DNA of 64,000 nucleotides from Oscillospiraceae bacterium (GTDB lineage Bacteria; Bacillota; Clostridia; Oscillospirales; Acutalibacteraceae): NCBI GenBank assembly GCA_015065425.1, contig SVQH01000007.1, positions 39,038 to 103,037 of the forward strand, read 5' to 3'. Shown piece by piece: positions 36,849 to 47,477 of this stretch (position 1 is its first letter; each line of letters starts with the position of its first letter). The notes under the pieces were generated by a model. It saw only the letters and a program-made list of their open reading frames with translations, ran no database searches and was not told where the DNA came from. The position numbers and the translations under genes were made by a program.

Positions 36849-37853
36849 ATGAATAAACCTCTTATAAAAGTAGAAAATTTACATACATCCTTCTTCACCG
36901 AATCAGGTGAAAAGAAGGCGGTAAACGGTGTTTCATTTGAGCTTGATCACGGCGAGATACTCGGTATCGTAGGTGAGTCGGGTTCGGGTAAATCCGTTAC
37001 GGCTTATTCCATCATGCAGATACTTGCTTCTACCGGCAAAATTGTAGAAGGCAGTATTTACTATAAGGGTGAGGATATTACAAAATGGAAGGAAAAGCAG
37101 CTTCGTGATTTCAGAGGTAAATGCTGTTCCATCATTTTCCAGGACCCCATGACCAGCCTTAATCCCGTATTTACTATCGGCAATCAGCTTATGGAGGCAA
37201 TTACTCTCCACACCGATAAAAAGGGAAAGGTTGCAAAGGCAAGAGCCGCGGAGCTGCTTGAACTTGTCGGTATAAATGAACCCGAACGTCGTCTTAAGCA
37301 GTATCCTTATGAGCTTTCCGGCGGTATGCGTCAGAGAGTTATGATTGCCATGGCACTTGCATGTGAACCCGATATACTTATTGCCGACGAGCCCACAACT
37401 GCACTTGACGTTACCATTCAGGCACAAATTCTTGAACTTATTCAGAAGCTTCAGAAGGAAATGGGCATGGCAGTTATCCTTGTTACACATGACCTTGGTG
37501 TTATAGCACAGCTTTGTGACAACATTATTGTTATGTACGGCGGAAGAATCTGCGAAAGAGGTACTGCACACGAAATATTCTATAATCCGAAGCACGAGTA
37601 TACAAAGGGACTTCTCCGTTCAATTCCCAATTCTGCGAGAATGAAGGAGAAGCTTGTACCCATCCTCGGTACACCCATAAATATTATGAATCTTCCTGCC
37701 GGCTGTGCATTCTGTTCCCGTTGCGACAATGCTATGAAAATCTGCCTTGAGGAAAAACCAGAGGAGCTTACCATAAATGAAAATCACAAGGCATCCTGCT
37801 GGATAAATGTAAGAGATGCCGTAATGGCGGAAGGAGGAAATACCGATGAGTGA
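36849..37853 (+). CDS. Opp/Dpp-type ABC transporter ATP-binding protein (OppD-like)
   Basis: [16 protein letters not shown] and ADEPTTALD, plus a C-terminal oligopeptide-type Cys motif CAFCSRC. Confidence 0.9.
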   Translation: MNKPLIKVENLHTSFFTESGEKKAVNGVSFELDHGEILGIVGESGSGKSVTAYSIMQILASTGKIVEGSIYYKGEDITKWKEKQLRDFRGKCCSIIFQDPMTSLNPVFTIGNQLMEAITLHTDKKGKVAKARAAELLELVGINEPERRLKQYPYELSGGMRQRVMIAMALACEPDILIADEPTTALDVTIQAQILELIQKLQKEMGMAVILVTHDLGVIAQLCDNIIVMYGGRICERGTAHEIFYNPKHEYTKGLLRSIPNSARMKEKLVPILGTPINIMNLPAGCAFCSRCDNAMKICLEEKPEELTINENHKASCWINVRDAVMAEGGNTDE

Positions 37854-38805
37854 TGTTTTACTTGAAGTTCAGGACTTAAAACAGCATTTCCCCATCCGCA
37901 CGGGATTTTTTCAGAAAACACCCTTAAAGGCCGTAGACGGTGTTTCTTTCACCATCAATAAGGGCGAAACTCTCGGTCTTGTAGGTGAGTCGGGTTGCGG
38001 TAAAACTACCGTCGGAAGAACCATACTCCGTCTTTACGAACCCACATCCGGTCATGTTATTTTTGACGGCGAAGAGGTTACAAAAAATAATATCAATGCC
38101 ATGAGAAAAAAGATGCAGATGGTTTTCCAGGACCCTTATTCATCTCTTGACCCCAGAATGACTGTTGAAGATATTATAGGCGAACCTCTTGATGTTCATA
38201 AGCTTTATTCAAATAAAAAGGAACGCAGAGAAAAAATCCTTGAACTTATGAATTATGTCGGACTCAACTCCGAACATGCCACCCGTTATGCTCACGAGTT
38301 TTCAGGCGGTCAGCGTCAGAGAATCGGTATAGCGAGAGCTCTTGCGGTTGACCCTAAATTCATCGTCTGCGACGAGCCTGTTTCCGCACTTGACGTTTCA
38401 ATTCAGGCACAGGTTATAAATATGTTTGAGGAGCTTCAGGAAAAACTCGGTGTTGCATATCTTTTTATTGCACACGATCTTCTCGTTGTTCATCATATCT
38501 CTCAGAGAATAGCAGTTATGTATCTCGGTAAAATAGTTGAAATGGCTGATGCAGATGATCTTAATAACAATCCTTTGCATCCTTATACACAGTCACTTCT
38601 TTCTGCTGTTCCGATTCCCGATCCCGATATTGCAAGAAGCAGACAGAGAATAGTTCTTGAAGGTGACGTTCCCAGTCCTCTTAAAATGCCCACAGGTTGT
38701 CCCTTCAGAACACGTTGCAGATATGCAACCGAACAGTGTGCTCAGGAGTGTCCCGAGCTTACAGACAGAGGAAACGGTCACATGTCTGCCTGTTTCAACA
38801 GATAA
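37846..38805 (+). CDS. Opp/Dpp-type ABC transporter ATP-binding protein (OppF-like)
   Basis: [17 protein letters not shown] and CDEPVSALD, plus CPFRTRC. Confidence 0.9.
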   Translation: MSDVLLEVQDLKQHFPIRTGFFQKTPLKAVDGVSFTINKGETLGLVGESGCGKTTVGRTILRLYEPTSGHVIFDGEEVTKNNINAMRKKMQMVFQDPYSSLDPRMTVEDIIGEPLDVHKLYSNKKERREKILELMNYVGLNSEHATRYAHEFSGGQRQRIGIARALAVDPKFIVCDEPVSALDVSIQAQVINMFEELQEKLGVAYLFIAHDLLVVHHISQRIAVMYLGKIVEMADADDLNNNPLHPYTQSLLSAVPIPDPDIARSRQRIVLEGDVPSPLKMPTGCPFRTRCRYATEQCAQECPELTDRGNGHMSACFNR

Positions 38806-38951
38806 CAGAATATTTTTCAGTGCTTATTCATAAGAATGCATTGAATCTTACTACGGTATACTTTCTGTCATTTTTATTTGCGGTTCTTGAACTCTTCCGC
38901 GGAATTTGTGACAGAGTATAATAAAAAAAATTTTACTCGGAGGAAAAACAA

Positions 38952-40730
38952 ATGAAAAAAGTTTTAGCAATGCTTCTTGTTGTTGTTATGGTATTTGCTA
39001 TCTCCGCTTGCGGCAACACCGGAAACGAAGAGACAACTGCTGCTCCCAACAACACAGACACATCTGCTGCAGGACAGCTTCTCAGTGATGCTTTCATTGA
39101 TCCTATCAATGACTGGGCAAAGTATGACGAGCTTATCGCACAGATCAAAGTTGAGACCGACACAGCTAAGCGTACAGAAATGATGCACGATGCTGAAGAC
39201 ATTCTTATGTCAAACGGTTGCGTAATTCCCCTTTACTACTACAATGACATTTACATGGAAAAGGACTATGTTTCCGGCATGTTCTCAAACCTTTTCGGTT
39301 ACAAGTTCTTCCATAAGGTAAAACTTGCAAACGGTTCAACAACTCTCAGAGTTAACCTTGCAAGTGAACCTGATTACCTTGATCCCGCTCTCAACTCTTC
39401 AGTTGACGGTGCTTGTCTTGCAGTTAACACATTTGCAGGACTTTACACCTACAATGAAGAAGGTAAGACAGTTCCCGATCTTGCAACAGGTTACACAGTT
39501 TCCGAACCCGCAGAAGACGGCAGTGTTACTTTCACAGTAACTCTTAAGGAAGACCTCAAGTGGTCAAACGGCAGTGCTCTTACTGCTAAGGACTTTGAAT
39601 ATTCCTGGAAGAGAGCTGCTGCTACTGAAACAGGTTCCGACTACGGTTACATGTTCTCAACATTCGTAGGCTATCCCGACAACCTTGCTGTTGCTGCTAA
39701 GGATGACCTTACTCTTGAGTTCTCACTCGTAGCTCCCTGTGCATACATCGAAGGCCTTATGGCATTCCCCACCTTCTTCCCCGTAAACCAGGCTGCTGTT
39801 GAAGCTTATGCTGATTGGCAGACTTCTCCCGGCGGTTGGTGCACAGAAGCAGGATTCGTTTCCAACGGACCCTTCATCTGCACAGGTTGGGATCATGATG
39901 TTTCCATGACTTATGAAAAGAACCCCAATTATCATGATGCTGCAAACGTAACTGTTGATAAGCTTGAATTCATGCTTTCAGCTGACGATACAGCTATCTA
40001 TGCTGCTTACAATGCAGGTAACGTTGATATCATCGACACAGTTCCCACTGATGAAATCGCAAACCTTCTTGAAACAGAAAACAAAGAGTTCAAAATCGTT
40101 GACAATCTTGGTACTTACTACGTAGCATTCAATGCAAACAGCGAACTTTTCAAGGATAAGACTCCTGCTGAAGCTGCTTGCATGAGACTTGCTTTCAACA
40201 TTCTTATTGACCGTGAAGCCATCGTTGAAACAGTTGGTCAGACAGGTCAGGTTGCTGCTAACTCCTACATTCCTCTTGGTATGGCAGACGGTAACGGCGG
40301 CATCTTCAAGCCCGAAGCTAAGGACAATGCTTACTATAATGAATTCGCAATCAATGAAGATTTCGAAGGCACATTAGAACAGGCTCGTGAATATCTTAAG
40401 GCTGCAGGCTTCAAGTTCGGTGAAGACGGAAAGCTTTCCGCTGAAACTCCCATCGTAATCGAATATCTTACAAATGACGGTACAGGTCACGTAGCAGCTG
40501 CTCAGATTATGCAGGCTGACTTCAAAGAACTCGGTATCGAAATGTCCATCCAGCAGGTTGAATGGAACACATTCCTTGAAGAAAGAAAGAACGGCAACTT
40601 CGACATCGCTCGTGAAGGCTGGCTCGCTGACTTCGATGACCCCATCAACATGCTTGAAATGTTCACAACATCCTCCGGTAACAATGACTGTCAGTACGGT
40701 CGTTTTGACGGTTGGGACAAGGCTGAATAA
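38952..40730 (+). CDS. family 5 peptide/nickel ABC transporter substrate-binding lipoprotein (OppA-like)
   Basis: Lipobox FAISAC followed by a GNTGNEETTAAPNNTDTSAAG linker. 592 aa, with high-expression codon usage. Confidence 0.85.
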   Translation: MKKVLAMLLVVVMVFAISACGNTGNEETTAAPNNTDTSAAGQLLSDAFIDPINDWAKYDELIAQIKVETDTAKRTEMMHDAEDILMSNGCVIPLYYYNDIYMEKDYVSGMFSNLFGYKFFHKVKLANGSTTLRVNLASEPDYLDPALNSSVDGACLAVNTFAGLYTYNEEGKTVPDLATGYTVSEPAEDGSVTFTVTLKEDLKWSNGSALTAKDFEYSWKRAAATETGSDYGYMFSTFVGYPDNLAVAAKDDLTLEFSLVAPCAYIEGLMAFPTFFPVNQAAVEAYADWQTSPGGWCTEAGFVSNGPFICTGWDHDVSMTYEKNPNYHDAANVTVDKLEFMLSADDTAIYAAYNAGNVDIIDTVPTDEIANLLETENKEFKIVDNLGTYYVAFNANSELFKDKTPAEAACMRLAFNILIDREAIVETVGQTGQVAANSYIPLGMADGNGGIFKPEAKDNAYYNEFAINEDFEGTLEQAREYLKAAGFKFGEDGKLSAETPIVIEYLTNDGTGHVAAAQIMQADFKELGIEMSIQQVEWNTFLEERKNGNFDIAREGWLADFDDPINMLEMFTTSSGNNDCQYGRFDGWDKAE

Positions 40731-40780
40731 TTAATTTAACCTTACAACACTGTCAGATCGGATGACAGAAAAATAATTTT

Positions 40781-40814
40781 CCTCCCCGAAGAAGCAATTC
40801 TTCGGGGAGGTTTT
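40781..40814 (+). terminator. rho-independent terminator of the peptide ABC operon
   Basis: cctccccgaagaa-gcaa-ttcttcggggagg followed by tttt. Confidence 0.85.
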
Positions 40815-40870
40815 CAGTTTTTTATGAAGAGATTTTTTTCGGACTAATGGTATAAATGCAATTAATAGTT

Positions 40871-41758
40871 TTAATAAGGATTATAACTGTAGGTTGATGT
40901 GAGGATTCCGTTATCATCAAATGTGAGAGTTACTGTGAATGTTTCACTGGTGCCGTCGGTATAGGTTATTGTGCCTGTTATTGTGTCTGTGACGGTTGAC
41001 AGGGGGGTGTCAGGAGCATTATTAATATCTTTACGCAATTCATCTGAAACAGACCATGAAAAAACCATGCCGTCATTTTTTGCATATACGGTTTTATATT
41101 CTTCACCTGTTACGCTTATTTCTTTGCCTGTTTTTATGGTACCAAGATATTCTTTGAATGACATACCAATTAATGACTTATCGTCTACTGTCAATTTACC
41201 GCTTTTGCCGCAGGTGAGATTTACGGAATCTATTGCATCTGCGTCAGATATTTTCAGCTTTAGATAATCCGCTGTCCCGAAATAAACGGCTACTCCATCA
41301 TCACTGCCATCACTGCCGGTTATATGCCATCCGTTTTCATCACCGTATAATTCGCGTAATCTGCATTTAACTTCATAACTAATTAAGTTGATTTCCTCCA
41401 TCGACATATTTTTTGTGTCTTTAACATACAATATGCCGCCTAAAGGAATTGAAACGTTGCTTTCTTTATGAATTTTTACTTCTTCCGTTTTTTCTGCAGC
41501 ATTCGCAATAAAAAGGGAAAATGCCTTGTTCATGGCAGGTGCCGTAGCTTCTGCCGATATCTGAGTGTCATCCTCTTTATTTTGAGAGGGGGCTATAGGA
41601 GTATTATCAAGGAATGTGAATGTCATGACGAGAATTAGTGCAAATGCTCCGAGCGAAGCGGATGTTTTATAAATGGTTTTTCTTCTGTGTGTTTTTTCTG
41701 CTTCAATAGCTGATACTCTTTCAAGAATATCTTCAGTCATTTTTTTGTCAGATTTCAT
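40871..41758 (-). CDS. putative anti-sigma factor (single-pass membrane protein with unknown extracytoplasmic domain)
   Basis: It overlaps the stop of the upstream ECF sigma gene. It has a short cytoplasmic N-terminus, one TM segment (LGAFALILVMTFTFL) and a 230-aa external domain. Confidence 0.55.
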   Translation of the reverse strand: MKSDKKMTEDILERVSAIEAEKTHRRKTIYKTSASLGAFALILVMTFTFLDNTPIAPSQNKEDDTQISAEATAPAMNKAFSLFIANAAEKTEEVKIHKESNVSIPLGGILYVKDTKNMSMEEINLISYEVKCRLRELYGDENGWHITGSDGSDDGVAVYFGTADYLKLKISDADAIDSVNLTCGKSGKLTVDDKSLIGMSFKEYLGTIKTGKEISVTGEEYKTVYAKNDGMVFSWSVSDELRKDINNAPDTPLSTVTDTITGTITYTDGTSETFTVTLTFDDNGILTSTYSYNPY

Positions 41759-42302
41759 AATGAAAATTCTCCTTTTCTAATTGATTTTTAAGAGCTTTTT
41801 TTGCCCTGTGAAGAATTACCGATGTGTTACGCTTTGATTTTTTGATAATTGCAGAAATTTCTTCAATAGTAAACCCTTCAAAATATGACAGCATAAGTAC
41901 CTGTCGGTAATCGGGATTGATTTCTCCGAGAGCATCATGGACAGCCTGTTTTATTTCCTCGTTGAAATACATTTTCTTAAACTGCCTTTCATCCGACAGA
42001 ACACCGTCTATCTCATCATAGGGAACAAACCTGCCGTGAGGATTTTTTCTCAGCCAGTCAAGAGCGACATTTCTGCCTATGGTGTAAAGCCATGTCTTGA
42101 ATGTTGCTTCTCCCTTGTCCTTAGGTTTTTTAGCAAGAAGCTTTACAAAGGTATCCTCTGTCAAATCTTCTGCCACGGCAAAATTTTTGACTATGCTGTT
42201 TATATAAGCTTCAAGTCCCGGTCGGTATTCTTTTACTATTTCCTCTAAAGCGTCTTTATCACCGGACAGAAAACGGCGGTAGCTACCTGTGCCATTATCC
42301 AT
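41748..42302 (-). CDS. ECF-type RNA polymerase sigma-70 family factor
   Basis: Region 2 reads EDLTEDTFVKLL...TWLYTIGRNVALDWLR. Region 4 HTH reads FTIEEISAIIKKSKRNTSVILHRAKKAL. Confidence 0.85.
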   Translation of the reverse strand: MDNGTGSYRRFLSGDKDALEEIVKEYRPGLEAYINSIVKNFAVAEDLTEDTFVKLLAKKPKDKGEATFKTWLYTIGRNVALDWLRKNPHGRFVPYDEIDGVLSDERQFKKMYFNEEIKQAVHDALGEINPDYRQVLMLSYFEGFTIEEISAIIKKSKRNTSVILHRAKKALKNQLEKENFHYEI

Positions 42303-42408
42303 ATACTTCTCCTTTCCGAAAACCTTTTTTCGGTTTTCATATATTACACGAAAATATACAATGAATATTTCACCGTGTAAAAGAAAACCGAAGAATTTTG
42401 TAAATATT

Positions 42409-42443
42409 AAAAAACAAGCGGTTTATAAGAAACAGCTTGTTTT
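42409..42443 (-). terminator. rho-independent terminator after the YitT-like gene
   Basis: aaaacaagc...gcttgtttt inverted repeat with a T-run on the minus strand. Confidence 0.6.
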
Positions 42444-42464
42444 CGGGAAGATATAATTTATTGA

Positions 42465-43100
42465 TTATTCTGTTTTTTTTCTTCTGAAATCAGCAACAAA
42501 CCCTATTATCTGCCCTGATATCACTACGCTCAGAAGAGAATATACGATTTTTGTAAATGGGATATATATAAGTGATAAAAGAAGTACGGATAAATCAGAA
42601 ATAAGATATACCCACTGAATTTTAATTTTTATTTTTTCTGAAATGCTCATTGCCAGAGCATCGTCACCGCAGGGGGCTCCTCCCATTCTTACACAAAGTC
42701 CGACGCCCAATCCCACAAATGCTGCACCGAGTATTGCGGCAATCAGCGGATAAGATGATATATCGGGATATATTCTCGGAAACTGTTCAAAAATACCGTA
42801 ACTTATGCTGAAGCCTCCCGTAGATATTACTGAATATACAAGAAATTTTTTACCCAGTGTCTTTATGCCGAGAATATAGCAGGCAGTATTGAGAATGAAG
42901 CCTGCAATACCGGGGGATATGCCGAAAAGATTTTCAAACAGCAGTGTAAGTCCCAGTGTGCCTCCTTCGGTAACATCTGCAGCGGAGTGGATATTATAAA
43001 GTCCGAAAGCCAGTACAGTACTGCCGAGAACCGAAATTAACAGGCTTTTTGGTTTTATTTCGTCTGTTAAACTTTTTATATATGTTCTGATGTTTTTCAT
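42465..43100 (-). CDS. YitT family membrane protein
   Basis: About 5-6 TM segments and a Gly-rich YitT-like pattern. The start is placed at MKNIRTY. Confidence 0.55.
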   Translation of the reverse strand: MKNIRTYIKSLTDEIKPKSLLISVLGSTVLAFGLYNIHSAADVTEGGTLGLTLLFENLFGISPGIAGFILNTACYILGIKTLGKKFLVYSVISTGGFSISYGIFEQFPRIYPDISSYPLIAAILGAAFVGLGVGLCVRMGGAPCGDDALAMSISEKIKIKIQWVYLISDLSVLLLSLIYIPFTKIVYSLLSVVISGQIIGFVADFRRKKTE

Positions 43101-43272
43101 AACAGCAATTATATAATAAAACTTATACTTTTTCAAGGTAAAGAAAAATCTCGGATTTTACACAACTTAAAATACTTTACATTTATAGTACTTGCTTTTT
43201 TCTGAAAAATATTGTAATATATCTGTATCTGTACATTTATTTGTAATATTAAAACAAAATGGTGATTGAATT

Positions 43273-44466
43273 ATGAAACTTTCAAAAAAGATTATTTCAC
43301 TTTTTCTGGCTCTCATAATGAGTTTTTCCGTGTGTATCCCTGCAGTGTTTGCAGTGGAGACAGATGAGAAAGATGCTGCGGAAGAATATTCTGCTCTGCT
43401 TTTTGACGGCGGTTTTCCTATAATTTCAACAGAGGATTTCGGAAAATTCCTTCAGATAATCGGAAAGCTTTATTATCTTCTTACAGGTGAGGAACCCGAT
43501 GTATCCCGCTTCAATATCACTCTTGACAGTTATGTTACTGCAATTTCGGCAGAAATATGCAAAAACACCGGTCTTGACCTTAAGCTTATCAGCGAAAACT
43601 TCCCCGACATAAATGTAATTGCAAGACATCTCGGCGAAAAATATGAGATAAATACTACTGAATTCAGAGAAGCAAGATATGCAAAGCGTGATGAATATCT
43701 CGCAAACGGCAATCCCATGATGGCTTCTGTATGTCATGCTATCGGTGCTTTCATGAGCATAATCGAAGTTTTTGAAATATATACCGTTGAAACTGAAGAC
43801 CCCGATGTAGTAAAGGTTATGCTTCACATTGAATATGAAGACGGAACAAAAGAAGAGCACGATGCAGGTCTTATAATCAATAAAAAAACAGGTATATGCA
43901 CAAATGAAGACGGCACGGGTATGTTCGGTTCAGGCTATAATTTCTCTCTTAATGAAATGATGGTCTACACTACAGTTGATTGCTGGATGAGAAATTTCGG
44001 TTTCTGCGTTACTTACGATATACTTGCCAACCTGATGCCCATTTCTTATCATTATCTTACCAGAAGATTCAAGTTTACTTATGATGATACAGAATGGATG
44101 ATACAGATATGGAAGGGTAATTACTTCATCTCCAACGGCGGTGAAGTCGGTATTTACAGCCGTGACCCTGAAAAAGCTGTAGGTACATTTTATAATTGTG
44201 CTACCGAAGAGCAGGAACTTAATATGTCAATGCAGGTATATGCAGGTAAAAAGCTTATTGTAAACCGTCCCATGCAGAAGCATTGGTGGATAAGCGGTTT
44301 CCATCTTTCTGACAAGAGATATATACCTGCTGTCCTTACTCTTAAATCTTCCATTGAAATGCCTGATGAAGGTATGCTCAAAGCATTTACCGATGCTATT
44401 GACAGAAATCTTTACAGGGACGTAAGTTATACCGTAGACGGTCTTACAGTAAGCCTTGTATGGTAA
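43273..44466 (+). CDS. secreted hypothetical protein (possibly DUF4474-like)
   Basis: Signal peptide MKLSKKIISLFLALIMSFSVCIPAVFA. The family assignment is from memory only and is weak. Confidence 0.5.
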   Translation: MKLSKKIISLFLALIMSFSVCIPAVFAVETDEKDAAEEYSALLFDGGFPIISTEDFGKFLQIIGKLYYLLTGEEPDVSRFNITLDSYVTAISAEICKNTGLDLKLISENFPDINVIARHLGEKYEINTTEFREARYAKRDEYLANGNPMMASVCHAIGAFMSIIEVFEIYTVETEDPDVVKVMLHIEYEDGTKEEHDAGLIINKKTGICTNEDGTGMFGSGYNFSLNEMMVYTTVDCWMRNFGFCVTYDILANLMPISYHYLTRRFKFTYDDTEWMIQIWKGNYFISNGGEVGIYSRDPEKAVGTFYNCATEEQELNMSMQVYAGKKLIVNRPMQKHWWISGFHLSDKRYIPAVLTLKSSIEMPDEGMLKAFTDAIDRNLYRDVSYTVDGLTVSLVW

Positions 44467-44542
44467 AATATTGAATTAGGGCAGGAGAACTGTTTTTTGT
44501 TCTCCTGCTTTTATTAGTATTGATATGTTTTTGAGGGATTTT

Positions 44543-46696
44543 ATGATAAAAGAAAATGAAAGATTTATTATAATAGAAAACGAAAGTATTTCTCTTACAA
44601 TCGGAAAAGACGGAAAGGTTTATTCTCTTAAATATATTCCGTCAAACGAGGAATTACTCTGTGATACAAAAACATCCATGTTTACCGTAACTCAGGAACG
44701 CTTTTTCGATAATGAGCTGAAACTGATATATCCGAGCAGAAGAATAAATATTCCGTCTGACAGAATAAGAATTGAAAACGGGAGGCTCGTTGCCGGTTTT
44801 TCACCTCTGTGCTATGAAGCTCTGATAAAAGTAGAGGATAAGAAGGATTATTTTGTTTTTTCTTTTAAAGGTTTTGTTGTTCCCGAAAATGCTTATCCCG
44901 GTCTTTCTCTTGAAAGACCTCCTGCAACAGAATTCAGATTTTTACAGCTTTCTCTTCGAGAAAAAAAGTATTTCGGAGAATGGATGAATGTATTACACGA
45001 TGATAATACTGCCGTGTGTCTCATGGGTACATCAGCCCATATAAGAGTGGGAAACGAAAAAACAGACGAAGGCAGACTTCTTTTCACAGATGCCGTAAAA
45101 GGAATTAAATTCAAAGGCAGCAGTGCGGCTTTGTTTGTCAGCAGTGCAGATACTCTTCTTGATAAGGTTTCTTTGTTTGAAGAAGAATATTCTTTGCCAC
45201 TTGGCGTAAAAAGCAGGAGACATGACAAGATAAATGCTTCTTCGTATTGGATTTGTGAACCAACTCCGGACAATATAGATGAGCATATTGCCTATGCATT
45301 GAAAGGCGGTTTCCGAATGATGCTTTTGTATTATCCCGGTATTGTGAAGGAGGAGAACGGTTATTCTCTTTGCGGAAATTATGAGCTTCGAGAGGAGTAT
45401 AAAAACGGTCTTTCTGATGTAAAAGCTTTGACAGATAAAATCAAAGCCCACGGCATTACCCCGGGATTTCATTTTCTTCATTCTCATATAGGACTGAGAA
45501 GCCGTTATTTTACCCCGAAGGCAGACCGCAGGGTAATGCACAGACAGTACCTTACCCTGAGTCATGAAGTAAAAGAAAATGACAGTGTTATATATACCGA
45601 TCAAAGTCCTTATGAAACTGACCTTCCCGAAAATTGCAGATTATTACGTTTCGGAACCGAACTCATTAAATATGACACCTGTACAGATACATATCCGTAT
45701 TGTTATAAGGGATGCATTAGGGGATATAACGGTACAAAAGCACAATGTCATCCTGAAGGTACGGCGGGTGGTGTTATATTTGTCAGTGAATTCGGAGCGA
45801 CAAGCGGGTATTGTGACCAGAATTCCTCTTTGCAGGATGAAATAGCAGAAAAAATTGCCCGTATTTATGACTGTGGCTTTGAGTATATATATTTTGACGG
45901 CTCTGAGGGTGTAAACGCCCCTTATGATTATCAGATTCCAATGGCACAGTACCGTGTTTACAGCAAACTAAGCAAAAAGCCTGTATATTGTGAAGCTGCA
46001 GCAAAAGGGCATTTCAGTTGGCATATACTCAGTGGCGGCAATGCTTTTGATGTTTTCCCGACGGACATTTTTAAGCGGATGATAGATAAATATCCTTTAA
46101 GTGAAGCCGCGAACATGAAAATGGATTTTACTCGTCTTAATTTCGGTTGGTGGGGATTTTTTGCGGATACGCGTCCCGATGTGTATGAATACGGGACTTC
46201 CCATGCTGCAGGTTTTGATTGTCCAGTCACCGTTCAGTCACATATAGAAAATATGAAGAAAAACCACGGAACGGATGATATTCTTGAGGTTATGCGTCGT
46301 TGGGAGGATGTGCGAAAAAGAAAACTTCTGACTCTACAGCAGAAAGAACTGCTGCAGATGCCCGGAAGAGAATTCATACTTCTACTCAATAAGGACGGAG
46401 AATATGAACTGACTGAATATTATGAATTAAAAACAAAAGAAAAGGATATGACAGTATTTACTTTTGAACGAAACGGAAAAAACTGTGCTGTGTTATACTG
46501 TAATACGGGTGAGGGCAGACTTCTTTTGAAAAATATCGGTGAGTTTACTTACCGTGATGAAGCAGACGGAAATGTAATTCCCACATGTAAATCTGCAGAC
46601 AGTTATATTCTTCCCGTGGGAAGAAGAAAATATCTTGAAACTTCTCTTTCACGGAGCGAACTACGGAATGTGCTTATAAATGCTGAACTTTTGTAA
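44543..46696 (+). CDS. large cytoplasmic hypothetical protein (possible TIM-barrel glycosidase-like fold)
   Basis: A 717-aa uninterrupted ORF with typical codon usage. I recognise no motif with confidence. Confidence 0.5.
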   Translation: MIKENERFIIIENESISLTIGKDGKVYSLKYIPSNEELLCDTKTSMFTVTQERFFDNELKLIYPSRRINIPSDRIRIENGRLVAGFSPLCYEALIKVEDKKDYFVFSFKGFVVPENAYPGLSLERPPATEFRFLQLSLREKKYFGEWMNVLHDDNTAVCLMGTSAHIRVGNEKTDEGRLLFTDAVKGIKFKGSSAALFVSSADTLLDKVSLFEEEYSLPLGVKSRRHDKINASSYWICEPTPDNIDEHIAYALKGGFRMMLLYYPGIVKEENGYSLCGNYELREEYKNGLSDVKALTDKIKAHGITPGFHFLHSHIGLRSRYFTPKADRRVMHRQYLTLSHEVKENDSVIYTDQSPYETDLPENCRLLRFGTELIKYDTCTDTYPYCYKGCIRGYNGTKAQCHPEGTAGGVIFVSEFGATSGYCDQNSSLQDEIAEKIARIYDCGFEYIYFDGSEGVNAPYDYQIPMAQYRVYSKLSKKPVYCEAAAKGHFSWHILSGGNAFDVFPTDIFKRMIDKYPLSEAANMKMDFTRLNFGWWGFFADTRPDVYEYGTSHAAGFDCPVTVQSHIENMKKNHGTDDILEVMRRWEDVRKRKLLTLQQKELLQMPGREFILLLNKDGEYELTEYYELKTKEKDMTVFTFERNGKNCAVLYCNTGEGRLLLKNIGEFTYRDEADGNVIPTCKSADSYILPVGRRKYLETSLSRSELRNVLINAELL

Positions 46697-46708
46697 AGGA
46701 GAATTGGT

Positions 46709-47353
46709 ATGAGAGAAGAAGAAAAAATTTTTGCAGGAACGCTTTTTTGTCCCGCTGACCCTGAGCTTAAAGCGATAAAGCTTCGTACACATAATCTTAA
46801 TATCGATTTCAATAAGCTGTACGAGCATGAGACCGAAGAGAGGGAGAGGATACTTTCGGAAATTCTCGGGTCAAAAGGTGAGGGGACTTTTATTCAGGGA
46901 CCAATAACCTTTCATTACGGAAAACACACTTTTATAGGAAAAAGAACTTTTATTAATTTCAATTTTACCGTTCAGGATGATGCCCGTGTTATTATCGGTG
47001 ATGATTGCAATTTCGGCCCCAATGTAACAATAGTTACTCCCATTCATCCTATGCTTCCCGATGAAAGAAAAATGATGCTTGACGAAAACGGAAATCCGAA
47101 ACGTTTTTGTTATGCAAAGCCTGTAAATATAGGAAACAACTGCTGGTTCGGTGCAAATGTTACGGTGTGTCCCGGAGTTACAATAGGGGATAATGTGGTA
47201 ATCGGAGCAGGAAGTGTAATCACGAGGGATATCCCTACCAACACCTTTGCTGCAGGAGTTCCCTGTAAAGTTATAAGAGAGCTTTCAGAAGCTGACAGTA
47301 TGACAAATAAGCCCGAAATTCTCGGGGAAAATTCTGTAATAAAAGACAGATAA
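46709..47353 (+). CDS. sugar O-acetyltransferase (maltose/galactoside acetyltransferase-like, left-handed beta-helix)
   Basis: Mac N-terminal region (EKIFAGTLFCPADPELKAIKLRTHNL) and hexapeptide repeats IGNNCWFGANVTVCPGVTIGDNVVIGAGSVI. Confidence 0.85.
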   Translation: MREEEKIFAGTLFCPADPELKAIKLRTHNLNIDFNKLYEHETEERERILSEILGSKGEGTFIQGPITFHYGKHTFIGKRTFINFNFTVQDDARVIIGDDCNFGPNVTIVTPIHPMLPDERKMMLDENGNPKRFCYAKPVNIGNNCWFGANVTVCPGVTIGDNVVIGAGSVITRDIPTNTFAAGVPCKVIRELSEADSMTNKPEILGENSVIKDR

Positions 47354-47354
47354 G

Positions 47355-47398
47355 AAAAAATACCACATTCGTAAATCCAAACGAATGCGGTATTTTTT
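47355..47398 (+). terminator. rho-independent terminator
   Basis: ataccacattcgt-aaatccaa-acgaatgcggtat followed by ttttt. Confidence 0.7.
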
Positions 47399-47477
47399 AT
47401 GCAAAAGAGCTGTTAAAATGCATATAAATGGGGTCTATCGACCGTAAGCACACTTAACTATCGCTTTTGCACAGATT

